64,000 bases of DNA from Octopus sinensis (taxonomy: Eukaryota), in NCBI RefSeq assembly GCF_006345805.1, contig NC_043001.1, positions 123,938,001 to 124,002,000 of the forward strand, written 5' to 3'. Under the pieces are notes generated by a model, which worked only from the letters and a program-made list of their open reading frames with translations, was not told where the DNA came from and did no database searches. A program made the translations under genes and the position numbers. Below, piece after piece: positions 1 through 12,450 of the stretch. How positions within the stretch are numbered: position 1 is the stretch's first letter; each line of letters starts with the position of its first letter.

Positions 1-313
1 TCCACACTGGGAAGATGTTGGGTATAAAGATATGTAGAGAAGAAAATAGCGTATTTGAGAGGAAGGAAAGGATGAACAATAGGGTAAGATTAGCAGTTCA
101 AAGAGTTCGCGACATAAAAATAAACAGTTTTAATATATAAATATGGGTAATAATTTCGAAGAAGTTAGTCAAATAGAAGCTCTCAAATCGTTTAGACTAA
201 TAATTTAAGGATAAAAATTATATATACATACGTTTATGAATTTGTGTTACAAGACTCAATGTGAAATCGTGTCTTGAAACAGATATTGTTTTATTTCGGG
301 ATGTTGGTCATTA

Positions 314-657
314 TTTTTTTGCCAAATAAACACACGCGGTATATATTCGTTCTTCACTCGTTTATTTCTGTGCTTATTCTAACTCATGTCCATTGCCCAG
401 AAATCTTTCGTCACACATATATGACCTCTTCAGCGACACACACTTTCCGTTTTCGTGTGTGCTCTTGCCCCACTTATTTCATTTTCATATTTCATGAAAT
501 GACTGGAGCAAGAGCACTCACGAAGATAGAAAGTGTCGCTGAAGCGGTTACAGATATGTGACAAAAGATTTCCGGAGGATGGACACGAGTTAGAATAAGA
601 ACAGTAATAAACGAGTAAAGAACGAAGATATAGTGTATGTTTATTTGGCAAAAAAAA
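314..657. repeat. Fold-back inverted repeat (MITE-like or long hairpin), about 165-bp arms
   Basis: 314-482 (tttttttgccaaataaac...gctcttgccccacttatttcat) is the reverse complement of 494-657 (atgaaatgactggagcaagagc...gtttatttggcaaaaaaa) at roughly 80-85% identity, with an 11-nt loop. Confidence 0.85.
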
Positions 658-1519
658 AAAAAAAAAACGAATACACACACAGACACACATTGCATACGCA
701 CATAATTATTATTTGGATGAAAATGAACCTGTATCTAGTTAAATGAGTTATCATATATTAAAGATTAGACAAAATGATACAAGAAAACGTGTATATGATA
801 AGATTTATATATCAGAAATATCTTAAAATTAATGATAGAACAAAGATGTCTTAATTACGGAGCGGTTGTTTACATGCAAATGTTTTTGTCTGGTCATTGG
901 TTTAAAGGTAATATAGTTATGTTATGAAAGTCGTAAAAGATGAGAATGTAGTAGAAATCATTACATTAAGTGAAAGTGAATTTAGCTCCGCTATATATTG
1001 TAAATCACTTAGTGTGGTTAGAAAGCAATGCAATTGTAAAATGGAAATAATGAAAATAATTCCAGAAACTATGTGGAGAAAGGATAATAATTATCGTATG
1101 TACTAGTTCTTAGGAAGTAAACATTTATAAAATATAAATATTTTAGTATTTAAGATGACTACGAGTAAAGGAATCGGTTTAGATCTATGAAATAAGTAAA
1201 GTAAAGTGCAAAATAAGTGAATATAAAATGAATATATATAAAAGATATAAATTATTTAAAGTGTTTCTATTTATAAATCGATCTAAATGTTTTCATTAAA
1301 TACTAAAACAATGTTATATATCAGGTTTAAATTTGATTATGGTATTACGCAATATAAGAGTGTTACAATACATTTAAGTACAGTGCTGGAGAAAAAAAAA
1401 AATGTTCTAGTATATTTGTCGTTAATTGCGTGATCCACAAACGATTCCTAGGTTGAAATGGATGATAAATATCATTGGCAAAATTACGCGGTTAAGAAAT
1501 TAACATATCTGAAATATTG

Positions 1520-1716
1520 GTATAAGGCCAACATTTTCGCAGAAGGGATGAGTCGATTACATCGACCCCAGTCTTCGACTAGTACTTATTATGTTGACCT
1601 CAAAAGGAGGACAGGCAAAGTCGACCTCGTTCGGATTTTGTTCTCAGAACATGGAGAAGGTCGAAATGTCGTTAAGCGCCCGAACTGCCATGCTAACGAT
1701 TCTGCTAGCTCGCCGA
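1520..1716 (-). mobile_element. tRNA-derived SINE, family A (diverged)
   Basis: Reverse complement matches the window consensus GGCGAGCTGGCAGAATCGTTAGCA...CTGGGGTCGATGTAATCGACT seen intact at 52831 and 55961. Confidence 0.8.
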
Positions 1717-2029
1717 CTTATAAGCAGGTCTTTTACATTGATGAGTAATTCTAATGAAACTAATAATAAAAAAGGACTAAAAAGAGCTGGAAGTATATTT
1801 TATAGATTTCAGAGGTACAAATTAGACATGGATTCAATGTTCGTTTCTGTAACTTTTATTATATGTAAGCGCGGATATAGTTTTTGGTAGATATTATGTT
1901 TGATTTCACAGAATCCTGAGTGATCACATAAATCTATCTTCCTAATCACTAGGATATTAATATGTATACATATACATACATCAACACACACACACACACA
2001 CACACACGACATAAGATACAAGTAAATTG

Positions 2030-3125
2030 ATAATTTATTTTCGAAGGCGGAAACCCTGGATAAATACGCTTACAAACAGCCGTTGAACTCCAACCCACAT
2101 CCCTTGAAGACCCCGGCCAAGTACTTTAACATTAATCCAAACTGCCCGTTAACAAATTGATCCCCCTTTTAGACACTTTTAAAGCTAAATGTACAACCAC
2201 GTATATATAAATATAAACAAACATTTGATTTTTTTATAAGCGAAGAAATGTGTATAGTAAGATACAAATAAGATGATAATTTATTTTCGAACGCAGAGAC
2301 GCCGATAGAACAGCAGAATCGTTGGGTAATTAACTCTCACAAAATGGAAAAAATTGTTAACAACCAGCCATGGGACTCGAATCCACATTTTATTTGTTTC
2401 AGTCTTTGGAAGATTATTGCCCGCTCAGATATGCAAAGCTATGCAGCGTTCCCTCCCGTTAATGTAGGATCCCGGCCGTTCTATAATCCTCCACTTGATA
2501 TCGTGTGGGAACCTTTCAACTTTGAAGTGCCACACGTGCTTGGCCAGGGATGTGACGAATCGTCTTTCCGAAATCCTGAAAGAAAAAATCTCTGGTTCTA
2601 CAGCCGCTTGATCGGATATATTTCCTGGCTTGAATGTTGGTTGTGTTCCTATTTCTGGCGCATCTTCAGGTGGTTCCAGACAAGTATATGTTCTTCTTAC
2701 CGCTGGTGTATTGTTACCATTACGAGGCGTGGTTATGGTTATATCGCTGCGACTTTTACCGTTATTAATTAATTGTTTAATGATTGATGTTGGGTGGTTG
2801 GAGCCTGTGCGTATGCATGAGGCTTCTTCATTTGGTTTGTGGAAGGGTTTAAATTTGCTGGCACTAAGGTTTATATTAATAACTAGAAAATAGACTTCTA
2901 TAATGGTTGTACCAAGTGTGGTTCTAAGATATTATTGGCTAAATGTTTTGCCCGCTTTTATTGTATACAATTCCCACGTCATCGTCCCTATATAATCCTA
3001 TGTTGGTTTCTTTTATCTCTTTCCCATGGATATCTAGGATATCGAGGCCTACAAGAACATCTGTCCCTGCATCGCTATAAGCTCCCCATTGCAACATCAA
3101 ATAGCTCATCCCCGTTCTTTTTTAA
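2030..3125 (-). mobile_element. Penelope-like element, decayed RT plus GIY-YIG region
   Basis: Minus-strand translation with frameshifts: KKNGDELFDVAMGS, GLYRDD, INLSASKFKPFHKPNEE..GSNHPTSIIKQL, then FRISERRFVTSLAKHVWHFK..IKWRIIERPGSY. These are PLE RT and GIY-YIG C-terminal motifs. Confidence 0.8.
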
Positions 3126-3252
3126 CCCAATAGGCATTAGGATGAAAAGTAAAGTCGACCTAGGCAAAATTTGAACCCGGAGAGTAAAGCCAGACGAAAT
3201 GGCACTAAACATTTCGCCCGGCCTGCTAATGTTTCTGCCAGCGCACCGCCTT
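3126..3252 (-). mobile_element. SINE family A (partial), abutting and truncating the PLE RT
   Basis: ggatgaaaagtaaagtcgacctaggcaaaatttgaac...tgctaatgtttctgccagcgcaccgcc is the reverse complement of the family A head. Confidence 0.75.
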
Positions 3253-3330
3253 GGCACACCAAAAATAAAGTTAAAATATAATAGACATATATGTTCGACA
3301 AATTATGCAAATCTATAAAATATGTGAGAA

Positions 3331-3378
<48 letters not shown>

Positions 3379-3619
3379 AACATAATAAAAGCTATAGTCC
3401 TACTTACTAACAATAGAAAGATATATATATGTCTATTGACTGATATATATGTCTATTATATCATTCAAATATTTTTAGTGTGTGTAATTTTGAAATATTT
3501 AGACATCTTTCGGTATTGAGCATTTTAATGAGACGGTTATTAGATATATTAATATTTACTCTTTGTGGCTCGGTTTATTGTGTAATGTTTTTGAATTGTT
3601 GAACCTATCTGATTTCTCA

Positions 3620-3723
3620 TCTTTAATATATATATATATACATACACACATACATACCTACATACATACATACATACATACATACACACATACACACATA
3701 TATATATATATATATAGAGAGAG

Positions 3724-3762
<39 letters not shown>

Positions 3763-3763
3763 C

Positions 3764-3800
<37 letters not shown>

Positions 3801-3880
3801 TATACATACATATAGATATAGATATAGATATATACTTATACACATATACACATATATATCTATATATAAATATATATATA
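3620..3880. repeat. Compound microsatellite (AT)n/(ACAT)n/(AGAT)n
   Basis: Direct reading; explains ORFs 3549-3905, 3623-3811 and 3658-3984. Confidence 0.95.
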
Positions 3881-4455
3881 ATGAGAATGAAGAAACGAAA
3901 AACATGAATGCTCAAATTCTTCATTCTCCTTTTTAACAATGTTGTACCATACACCCTAAGTAGCCAGGAAATAAGCTGTAACATCGGATATGAGCTAAAG
4001 TGAGTTAACCAAACAACGCACCATCTCTACGAAACAGCCTTGGAATTTTATTCAGAGAAACTCGGTATCTGCCTGGATATCATATCCTTCCTAATACTAT
4101 ATATATCTGTGTGAGTGTATGTGTGTGTGTGGATGTGTGTGTGTATGTGTGTGTGTGCATATATACATACATGTATGCGTTCTCATGTGTGTGGGGGCGA
4201 GTATATGTATGTGCGTGTATGGGCGCTAGCGTGTGCGGGTTTGTTAGACTGAGGTTATTATTGTAAATGTACTTTAAATCCAACAGGTGACAAATTGGTC
4301 TTGAGGTGACTGAAAACTGAGAACAATGTCAAATGTATTATAAATTTATGTTGTTTTGCGATCGCAACGTCCGCTTAACGACTTGTCTACTCCATTAAAT
4401 CTCTAAGGATTCGTATAATTCGACATATATATATATATGTATGTACGTATATCTA

Positions 4456-4542
<87 letters not shown>

Positions 4543-4849
4543 ATATATATATATATATATATATAGATAGATAGATAGGAGAAGAAGAAGAAGGAGAAGA
4601 GGGAGTAGGAAAAGAAGAGAAAGAATAAGAAAAATACAGGAGTGGCATGACAGTAGTAGGATGTTGGTAGAATCCTCTTAAATGGTCAAGTGGCCTAAAA
4701 GTGACCTGTTGTGGTTGTAATATTAAAGATTGGAATTGTTCTGAATAAATTCATGAGTAGTGACTGATCTGATTGTATCGGTTTGGATATTTGCGTGGGT
4801 ATTATTCTAATGCCCTTGTAGTATCCTCATTTGTACTGGATGCATTAAA

Positions 4850-5125
4850 AAAGAGTTTATATTTTGTGATAAAATATGACTCTTTACTAATGTGCTGATT
4901 ATAGGTTGCATCGTCCCTGAATTTATAGAGGGGAAAAATTCTGAAGCCGGGTTGTTCGTTAGCGGCGCAAATGTCGATGTTTCACTGAATGCTATTTTAC
5001 TGAATTCCAGAATTTTTATATGGGATCTATGTAGAGTCATCCTTTAGCACAGACTGTTTTTGGTTGGCCTATGTATTGCTCTCGACACCCTGAGTAAATT
5101 AATATATATGTTAGGTTTTCCGAAG
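4850..5125 (-). mobile_element. PLE GIY-YIG endonuclease fragment (second lineage)
   Basis: Minus frames: SENLTYILIYSGCREQYIGQ, MTLHRSHI, FRIFPLYKF..KESYFITKYKL. Confidence 0.7.
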
Positions 5126-5275
5126 CACGTGTGAAGCGGTTTATTTTGTTTTCCTACTCCCTCTTCTTTTACGTCTTCTTCTTCTTCTTCTTCTTCTCTT
5201 CTTCTTCTTCTTCTTCTTCTTCTTTCTTCTTCTTCTTCTTCTTCTTCTTCTTCTTTTTATTCTTCTTCTTTTTCT

Positions 5276-5309
<34 letters not shown>

Positions 5310-5310
<1 letters not shown>

Positions 5311-5482
5311 TTACAAATATACCGGATCAGCCAGAGCATCTTTCAAATGACGCTTCCTCAACTACCTGTCATCATTGAGAATCCCAGAGCGACGTTTTGT
5401 CACATCTCTGACCAGCCATATGTGGCACCTCAAAGATCAAGCGACGCCATATGACATCAGGTGAAAGATCATAGAACATCCA

Positions 5483-5569
<87 letters not shown>

Positions 5570-5970
5570 TAAATATATATATCTCAATGGCAAAATTTGC
5601 ATCGCAGAGAGAACAAAATTCTGAAGGACTATGCTAAGAATGGCGCGTTAAATGATAGTAAAGAAATTTCTCAAAATGTATTCTTATCAAATGCTACCTG
5701 CTGGAAAATTGGATCTCGCCGTTTGCTGTTTAGGCTAATATGACACTGTAAAGATTTTGATTATTGCTTCTATTTATCCTCTGTTCCAGGGGATATAAAC
5801 CGTCTTCAATAACGTTTTTATAGGTCAGCCCTTAGACCTCGTTGTCCTAGTATTTCCCCATGTCCGCGAGGTGAAAACTTTACTTTGTCTTTCTATAGAG
5901 TCTGATGAGCTGTCTACAAGGCTGTAGCTTTCGTGGATACGAAATCATTGGTCACTCTATGAGCAAAGTT
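5310..5970 (+). mobile_element. PLE 3' end: GIY-YIG C-terminus split by (TA)n, followed by 3' repeat region containing a hammerhead
   Basis: KYTGSARASFK*RFLNYLSSLRIPERRFVTSLTSHMWHLKD..YDIR*KIIEHPG, then (TA)n at about 5486-5582, then LNGKICIAER. Homologous to the minus-strand PLE at 2460-2600. Confidence 0.75.
5882..5969 (+). ncRNA. Type I hammerhead ribozyme (PLE-associated)
   Basis: Stem I ATAGAGT(5895-5901)/ACTCTAT(5954-5960), extended by ACTTTG/CAAAGT; core CTGATGA 5902-5908; stem II 5909-5940 closed by G-C; GAAA 5941-5944; short stem III; GTC cleavage triplet 5951-5953. Confidence 0.8.
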
Positions 5971-6222
5971 TAATTTTTGCTTTAATGCTTACTACTCTAT
6001 TCTTTAGTGCGTGCTTCTTTTTCTGATATATGTTATATTGACAATGCTTGACAGCTAAATCCACATGTTTCTTTTTTTCATATTTTCTCTCTTTATTTTC
6101 TCGTATTCCTTTCTGTTGAATAGCGTAGGCTCGAAACGTAGAAGACTTTTTCACAAGCGTCAAAAACTATTACACCTGCTTGTTGTTCATACATGTGTCT
6201 TTCGTTATTCGTTAAATTTCAA

Positions 6223-6261
<39 letters not shown>

Positions 6262-6589
6262 TGAGAGAAGGAGAGCGAGTGAGAGTGCGAAAGAGAGAGA
6301 GGGAGAGAGAGAGAGAGAGAGAGAAAGAAAACAACGATATTTTATTCCACACATGTAGAAATATAGTAAAAAGACGTTGAAAATGCAGTGGGATTCGTTT
6401 CGATTTTTATATTTAAACATTTTTAAACACTTATTCGGTTGTCTTGTTTTTATAGAGAACGTGACTGAAATTAGTATCTGTCTCGGATACCTTTTAATTG
6501 ATGGAAGATGATCACGTGATCAGGTTTTAAAAAGTTTGTATGTAGTCCACTACATCCCTTCTTTAATGACATGTGATAATAAGTTTGGC

Positions 6590-7310
6590 GCCGTTAGTTA
6601 AATCTCTCACTGTTGCGTGAACATGTCTTGTGACAATATGTAGCAATCAAGGCTGCCTGAGTTTGATCTGTCAAATGTAGGACGGTCTCGTGATCAGTGG
6701 TAATCTTAGAAATTTTTGTAGGTTTCCCATTTTGCCCGTGCGTTAATATGTGACTATATTTTTGCGCAGAAAATAAAGGCTGGCACAGTTGAATGAACAT
6801 GTCTAGTGACAATCCTAAAATAAGGTTCTCTAAATCTAATCTGTTGAGATGTAGATTGGACAGAAATTGTTTCTATGTAGCCTAATGTGTGAATAGTTAT
6901 AATTTGTATTTATATATGCAGGCTTCAAATTAGTCTATTAAATGTCTTTTTCGTTATTATTCAGCACTTATGTACATGTAGAATCTGCTAGTTAGTGTAC
7001 AACTGCTAGATGATTGTGTACATAGTTTAGGTTTTTTGCTGTATAAATTCAACATGTCAAGCAGTAGAATGCGTTCGTGTGGGAATAGCTGTTCGGGAAT
7101 GTAGCTTGTTATAGTTTATTCAGTCTTGGTTTGTACATTTTTATGAAAATATTTTGTTTTTTTATTCGTGTTTGGTTTATGGTATAGAGTAAACAAAGTT
7201 AAAGCGGAAAGACTTAGAGCTTGGGAGACTTATTTTCAGTACATGTGTCCATGTGTCCACATAGTGTTATCAGCTTAGTACTGGGGTCTCGTATTTGTTG
7301 TCTATGAATA
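6590..7310 (-). mobile_element. PLE 3' fragment (GIY-YIG C-terminus plus downstream sequence)
   Basis: Minus 7310-7130: QQIRDPSTKLITLCGHMDTC..PKL*VFPL..IFIKMYKPRLN, similar to 4850-5125. Extent of the downstream part is uncertain. Confidence 0.5.
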
Positions 7311-7606
7311 ATAAATACGTCTATCTTTAGGAGGAAGTTTTGTTTGACCTATGTCATCCTCGCTGCATCCTTTACATTTAATAGCATATTTTGACTTATT
7401 TTTGTACACACAGACACATACAAAAACACACACATATATATATATTGTAAAAAATATAGTATAAAATATGATAAAAAAGGACAATGCACAGAAATTGTAT
7501 TTTTGAAAAATATATTTATTGAATAATATACTTATATATTCGACCGGCTTCGCTTATGCATTTCATGCAAAGTAGTTAGTTGTAATGTTATAATTTCATA
7601 CTAACA

Positions 7607-7930
7607 TGTTGTCGTTCTATGTTGGTGCGACAACAGATATTATGTAAATAAATTGGTAAGTAAATAAATTTTAGGGGAGGTAATCAGGGATTGTTATTAT
7701 AAGTAGAGGAGATAAATCCTCCTCTTTGGTAAGTAAACTGATTTTATGTAGACTAAAAAAAATACATTTATTAATTCTTTCAACATAAAATGTCTGTGTA
7801 TGGCATCAAATTCAGGAACGAGAATGTACAGGACGTTTCTCAAGTTTAGTGTATAACGCTGTAGACATGTTGCTACAAAATTTGTGGTTTAGCAAAGTTC
7901 AGTGAGAGAAATGACTGTCGACTACTGACA
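7607..7930 (-). mobile_element. Candidate 3' LTR of a decayed LTR retrotransposon
   Basis: TG...CA bounded segment (tgttgtc...ctgaca) immediately preceded on the minus strand by the polypurine tract AGGGGAGAA (7931-7939). Confidence 0.4.
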
Positions 7931-9974
7931 TTCTCCCCTCATAAAAAATAAAGATAAACAAATTTAAAGGAAGGATTTGGTGGCCATCACCCGAATTTAC
8001 AAAATCAACGAGGATAGGGTGAATCCAAAATAACAAAACACCACGAAGTATTTTGTAAAATATTATTAACAATTCTCAGCATTAAAAAAAACAGCCCACA
8101 TACAAAGCAAATATATATGAATAAAAATAAAGCAATGCCACACCAGACGTGCAGCCACAATATTTACAAAGGTAACATACATATACAGTTCAGAAATTCG
8201 AACTCAGAATCCCGGTTTTACCAACGTGATTTCACAAACTTGTATCCTTAACTCTGGATTTACACATTTTGGTTTCACCAAAATTGACCTCACAAAACAA
8301 CTAGCCTCACAAATTTGGTTTTCAAAAAATATGTATTCCGGAAATTTGGATTTCATAAAATCTGGATTTCTATTTTAGTACAAATTTAGTTTTCGAACAT
8401 TGAATGTCGAGCCTTGGACCCAGAGTTGACACAGGAATTATTTTAAATCTAGCAAAATTTCTGGCGAATTCCCGGAGCATAAAATAAATCCATAAATGCC
8501 TAACATAAACACAAAGTGCATAATCAACTAAACTGATATTATACTGGCAAATGTTATGAACATCTAACAAGAATCTCTCAACACTTATATACATACAACA
8601 ATTCTGATACCTAAACGACCTGACGCCATCTTAGGAAATCACAAAACTAAATTGCATTGTTTTGATAAAATGAAGTAATAGGTATATTTCAAGCTAGGAT
8701 ATGTTTGAAAGAGAGACTCCCTCTAATAATTATCTCTTTTTTGCTTTCTGAGGAAATTTGAAGAGTACAAAATATTCTCAGTTGAAGACAGGAACATTAA
8801 TATGACATAGTTTCAATTTGGTCACCTGAAGGAATATATTAAAATTAGAATGGTATAAAGACCAACTTTGAAGCGATTAAGACATTCTCAAAGATATAAA
8901 GATGCGCAGTTGGAAAGAAAAATAAGCTTATTTAATTGCAAAACAAGGATAACTCGCATGCCAGTCATGTAGAAATTTCCATTAATAATCTGACTATTTC
9001 TCTGTGAACTTCTAAGAAATGCTACCATTGAATGTGAATAGACGATAACAAATACATGGGTGACATTTGTATAAAAGAAAGTGTAATTACGTAGTATTTC
9101 TCCTAAATAGAAAATTCTTTATCATCGATTTGGATTGTAGATGAATTTCAAGAAACAGCTACCAACTCCTAGAAATTTTTACATCAACAATATTTTGACA
9201 GACTTTATTCAAAACGAAAGCAAAGCGGCAATGGCTTAAGATCGATCTAAACTCACTTTGACGTCGCATAATATCACTTCAAAAGCATCCAAAAGCCACC
9301 AAGCATAGTATTGTATGCATGGAACAAAATTACATAAATGAGGTAAATAACATCAGCAAAAACTGAAAGAAGCTTTGTGGAGCGAATTACTTGATTGGTG
9401 ATTGTGAATACGAACGAAAGGAATTTGCGCAGCTCCACAACAAAGAAACATCAAATGAAAGGCCCTCTGCATATCAGCGAAAAACATATATATGCCTGTG
9501 TTGAAAGAAAACTTCAGTGCGACAACTATATAGGCAACTAAACAACTATATTAACAACCGATATATTATCTCGAACTTTGAAGGGTGTGCATTTGCAATC
9601 AAAGAATTTTAAATTACAAGAAGCTACCTTATGCACAAAATGAGAGCGATGAATGTATCGGATATAGGTATGGCAACTATATGTGACCCATATAATAAGC
9701 AGCTGATAGATTAAGCAGTTGATTGATCAAGATATTATTTACCTATGAAGTATGATGTTGCTAAAAAATGTATAATGCAGTTCAAGTAGCATCTTCAAGA
9801 TTGAAGTCTGAGAAGTTATCGAGAAGCAGGTGCCATACTCACCTACAACGCGAAATAATTCTGATGAAATGTTCAGCAGAGCAGACAGAATCATCTATGA
9901 CGGGGTGGGGGGAAGCACAGGAGTAGAAATTATCCGGCACGCAGTAACATAGTATTAAATATAAAAGAAGGAAA

Positions 9975-10105
9975 TATCTTTGGGTAAATAAGGAGAAATC
10001 TGTTGGATTATAACTTCAGATTTTACGTGTGCTTACTGAAACAATGTGTGATGTAATTAACTATTAGACTCGTGCAGTCGGGCTTCACAATCCAAAAATT
10101 AATAG
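9975..10105 (+). repeat. Left copy of an about 131-bp direct repeat flanking a SINE
   Basis: tatctttgggtaaataaggag...caatccaaaaattaatag recurs at 10477-10608 with about 4-5 differences. Confidence 0.92.
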
Positions 10106-10476
10106 GCGCAGGAGTGGCTGTGTGGTAAGTAGCTTGCTTACCAACCACATGGTTCCGGGTTCAGTCCCACTGCGTGGCACCTTGGGCAAGTGTCTTCTGC
10201 TTTAGCCTCGGGCCGACCAAAGCCTTGTGAGTGGATTTGGTAGACGGAAACTGAAAGAAGCCCGTCGTATATATGTATATATATATATATATGTGTGTGG
10301 GTGTTTGTGAGTCTCTGTTTATGTCCCCATTACTTAGCGGTTCGGCAAAAGAGACCAATAGAATAAGTACTGGGCTTACAAAAGAATAAGCCCCGGGGTC
10401 GAGTTGCTCGACTAAAGGCGGTGTTCCAGCACGGCCGCAGTCAAATGACTGAAACAAGTAAAAGAGTAAAAAAGAG
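10105..10476 (+). mobile_element. tRNA-derived SINE, family B, near full length
   Basis: GGCGCAGGAGTGGCTGTGTGGTAAGTAGC..GGTTCAGTCCC (A/B-box-like), internal (TA)/(TG) tract, 3' ...GGCCGCAGTCAAATGACTGAAACAAGTAAAAGAGTAAAAAAGAG tail. Confidence 0.9.
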
Positions 10477-10608
10477 TATCTTTGGGTAAATAAGGAGAAA
10501 TCTGTTGGATTATAACTTCAGATTTTACGTGTCCTTACTGAAACAATGTGTTATGTAATTAACTATTAGACTCGTGCAGTCGGGCTGCACAATCCAAAAA
10601 AATAATAG
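10477..10608 (+). repeat. Right copy of the about 131-bp direct repeat
   Basis: See 9975-10105. Confidence 0.92.
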
Positions 10609-10614
10609 ACATTT

Positions 10615-10990
10615 TGTTATCGTGATGCTTTAACGGTTGCAAGTCGACACCATAACGAAAGAACCTGACCAGGTTGATGTAAATACCAGAGATACTATGT
10701 CCCGGAGAGGGTGCTCTGGGTGTCGTGGTAAGTGCACTACAGAGGAATGTGTGCATTATGAGTGTTTCAAAGGGAAACGTGTGAGTCTGAAGTGCTTGGG
10801 CATAGGTTACATATAAAAGCAGTCAGATCCGAGGAACAAAGACCATTGTTGTAACAACAGAAAAGGCGAAGAAAAAACAGCTATTCTCTGGATGGAAGAT
10901 TACAGCCGTCCCTGTGAGTCTTTTTTGCGACAATAACTCATGTACGCTTGCTCTACATACACTCTACGTTATATAATCATGCAACAACGG
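10615..10990 (+). mobile_element. Possible solo LTR
   Basis: Begins TGTTAT, contains TATA-like catataaaagcagtcag, ends near ...caacaac. No clean TSD. Confidence 0.25.
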
Positions 10991-11169
10991 CATCTAGGTG
11001 TAGGAATTATAAACCACAGTAGACATTATCTAATATGTTTGCAATAGAGTGCATTCCCGTAGGAAGCGAAGAATCATCGAACCCGGACGAACTCACTCCA
11101 AAGTATCATGCAAACACAAATATATTTAGCATAAATATATTTCACATAAATTTTGATTTTTATAAAAAA

Positions 11170-11539
11170 CAGCAGTATCGCACGGCGTTGCTCGGGTTTG
11201 GAATTTTTGAAAAGTATAAATTTTCCATTATGTAGCTTGTTATTCTCTTTAAGTGAACATTTTTCTGGTTGAAATACACCAAAAAATGGTGACACAGTAG
11301 TCAAAAAATCGTAAAAAATAGGTATTTTCATTGAAAACAAGCACCTTTTTTATGTAAATAATTTTTGGTTTTAACATGGTCCGATTTGGGTTATTTCTTC
11401 TACGGAATGACGGACAAGTCTTCTTCTATCATACTCTCAATTTTGGTCAACTTCCGCCGCAGGGTCTCGGAGGAGATAGTATTAGTTGAAGGCTACCAAA
11501 CCTGCCACACACAGACAACTTCAGATTTATATATATAGA
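11170..11539 (-). mobile_element. Non-autonomous Helitron (370 bp)
   Basis: Minus strand: A|TCTATATATATAAA...AAACCCGAGCAACGCCGTGCGATACTGCTG|TTTT, that is a 5' TC, a 3' GC-rich hairpin and an eroded CTAG. Same 3' end as 43991-44385. Confidence 0.8.
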
Positions 11540-11899
11540 TTAGACTGCTTATGTTTAATTCCCACCCTAACTCAAAATGCTGACTGCACCCATATAGTGC
11601 TCTCCAATAACGTTACAAAAATAGCAGTCGGTGTTAAACCGTATCACTGTTATCTTGATTCGTATTACTAAGAATTTGGCGAAATTGTATCGACACAACC
11701 ACGCCTTCAGTGACTTAATAATAAATAATCAACCTCGAGTCGATAGCCTCATTAGACCGAAACTCAGCCAGATTGTCAAGGTGTTCAGGTTGATAATACA
11801 AGACTATAAGCCAGTTCGTCGAAGGATTAAACTTCAGCGGCCACTGGTATGTATATTCAGAAGACTGAAAAGAAGTTCTACGTAAAATGAAATAGCTTC

Positions 11900-11996
11900 C
11901 ACAAAGACACAAGGCACTCCGGAGTCTATAGCTCGAACCAACTTCATAATGATAGGGACTCTACCATTTCTAACCACTGGGCTACGAGCCTTCCGC
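11900..11996 (-). mobile_element. Decayed tRNA-like SINE head
   Basis: Minus: gcggaaggctcgTAGCCCAGTGGTTAG (A box)...GGTTCGAGCT (B box). Confidence 0.5.
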
Positions 11997-12254
11997 TTGA
12001 TTTGGAAATGCTATTAATAATTAGGCATGATTGAAAAGATTCGAACTTATTACTTGTTATCGATAACTATTGCAATATCGACGTGTTTGCCTCTGCGGCA
12101 GTCCGTCCTTGTCTGGACATATTTAGTCAGAAAAGATAAAACCACCAGCTGCTATTTCTTTTATTAGCTTCTTACTGATCTGGACCAAACTGACAGCTAT
12201 AATCCTGATATATACTTTACACACTCTGCTGAATCAATATCTTAAAAGCAATCA

Positions 12255-12397
12255 TCTCTCTCTCTCACTCTGTCTCTCTCTCTCTCACTCTGTTTCTCTC
12301 TCTCTCTACTCACTTTCTTTGTCTGTCTTAACTTTTCTCTCTCTCTCTCATATATATATGTATATATATGTATATATATATATATATTATATATATA

Positions 12398-12450
<53 letters not shown>

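Noticed and set aside
2344-2772. 142-aa plus-strand ORF
   Set aside because: Antisense shadow of the minus-strand PLE GIY-YIG region.
11865-11905. CTGAAAA..GAAA degenerate hammerhead-like motif
   Set aside because: Core mutated and stems unsupported.
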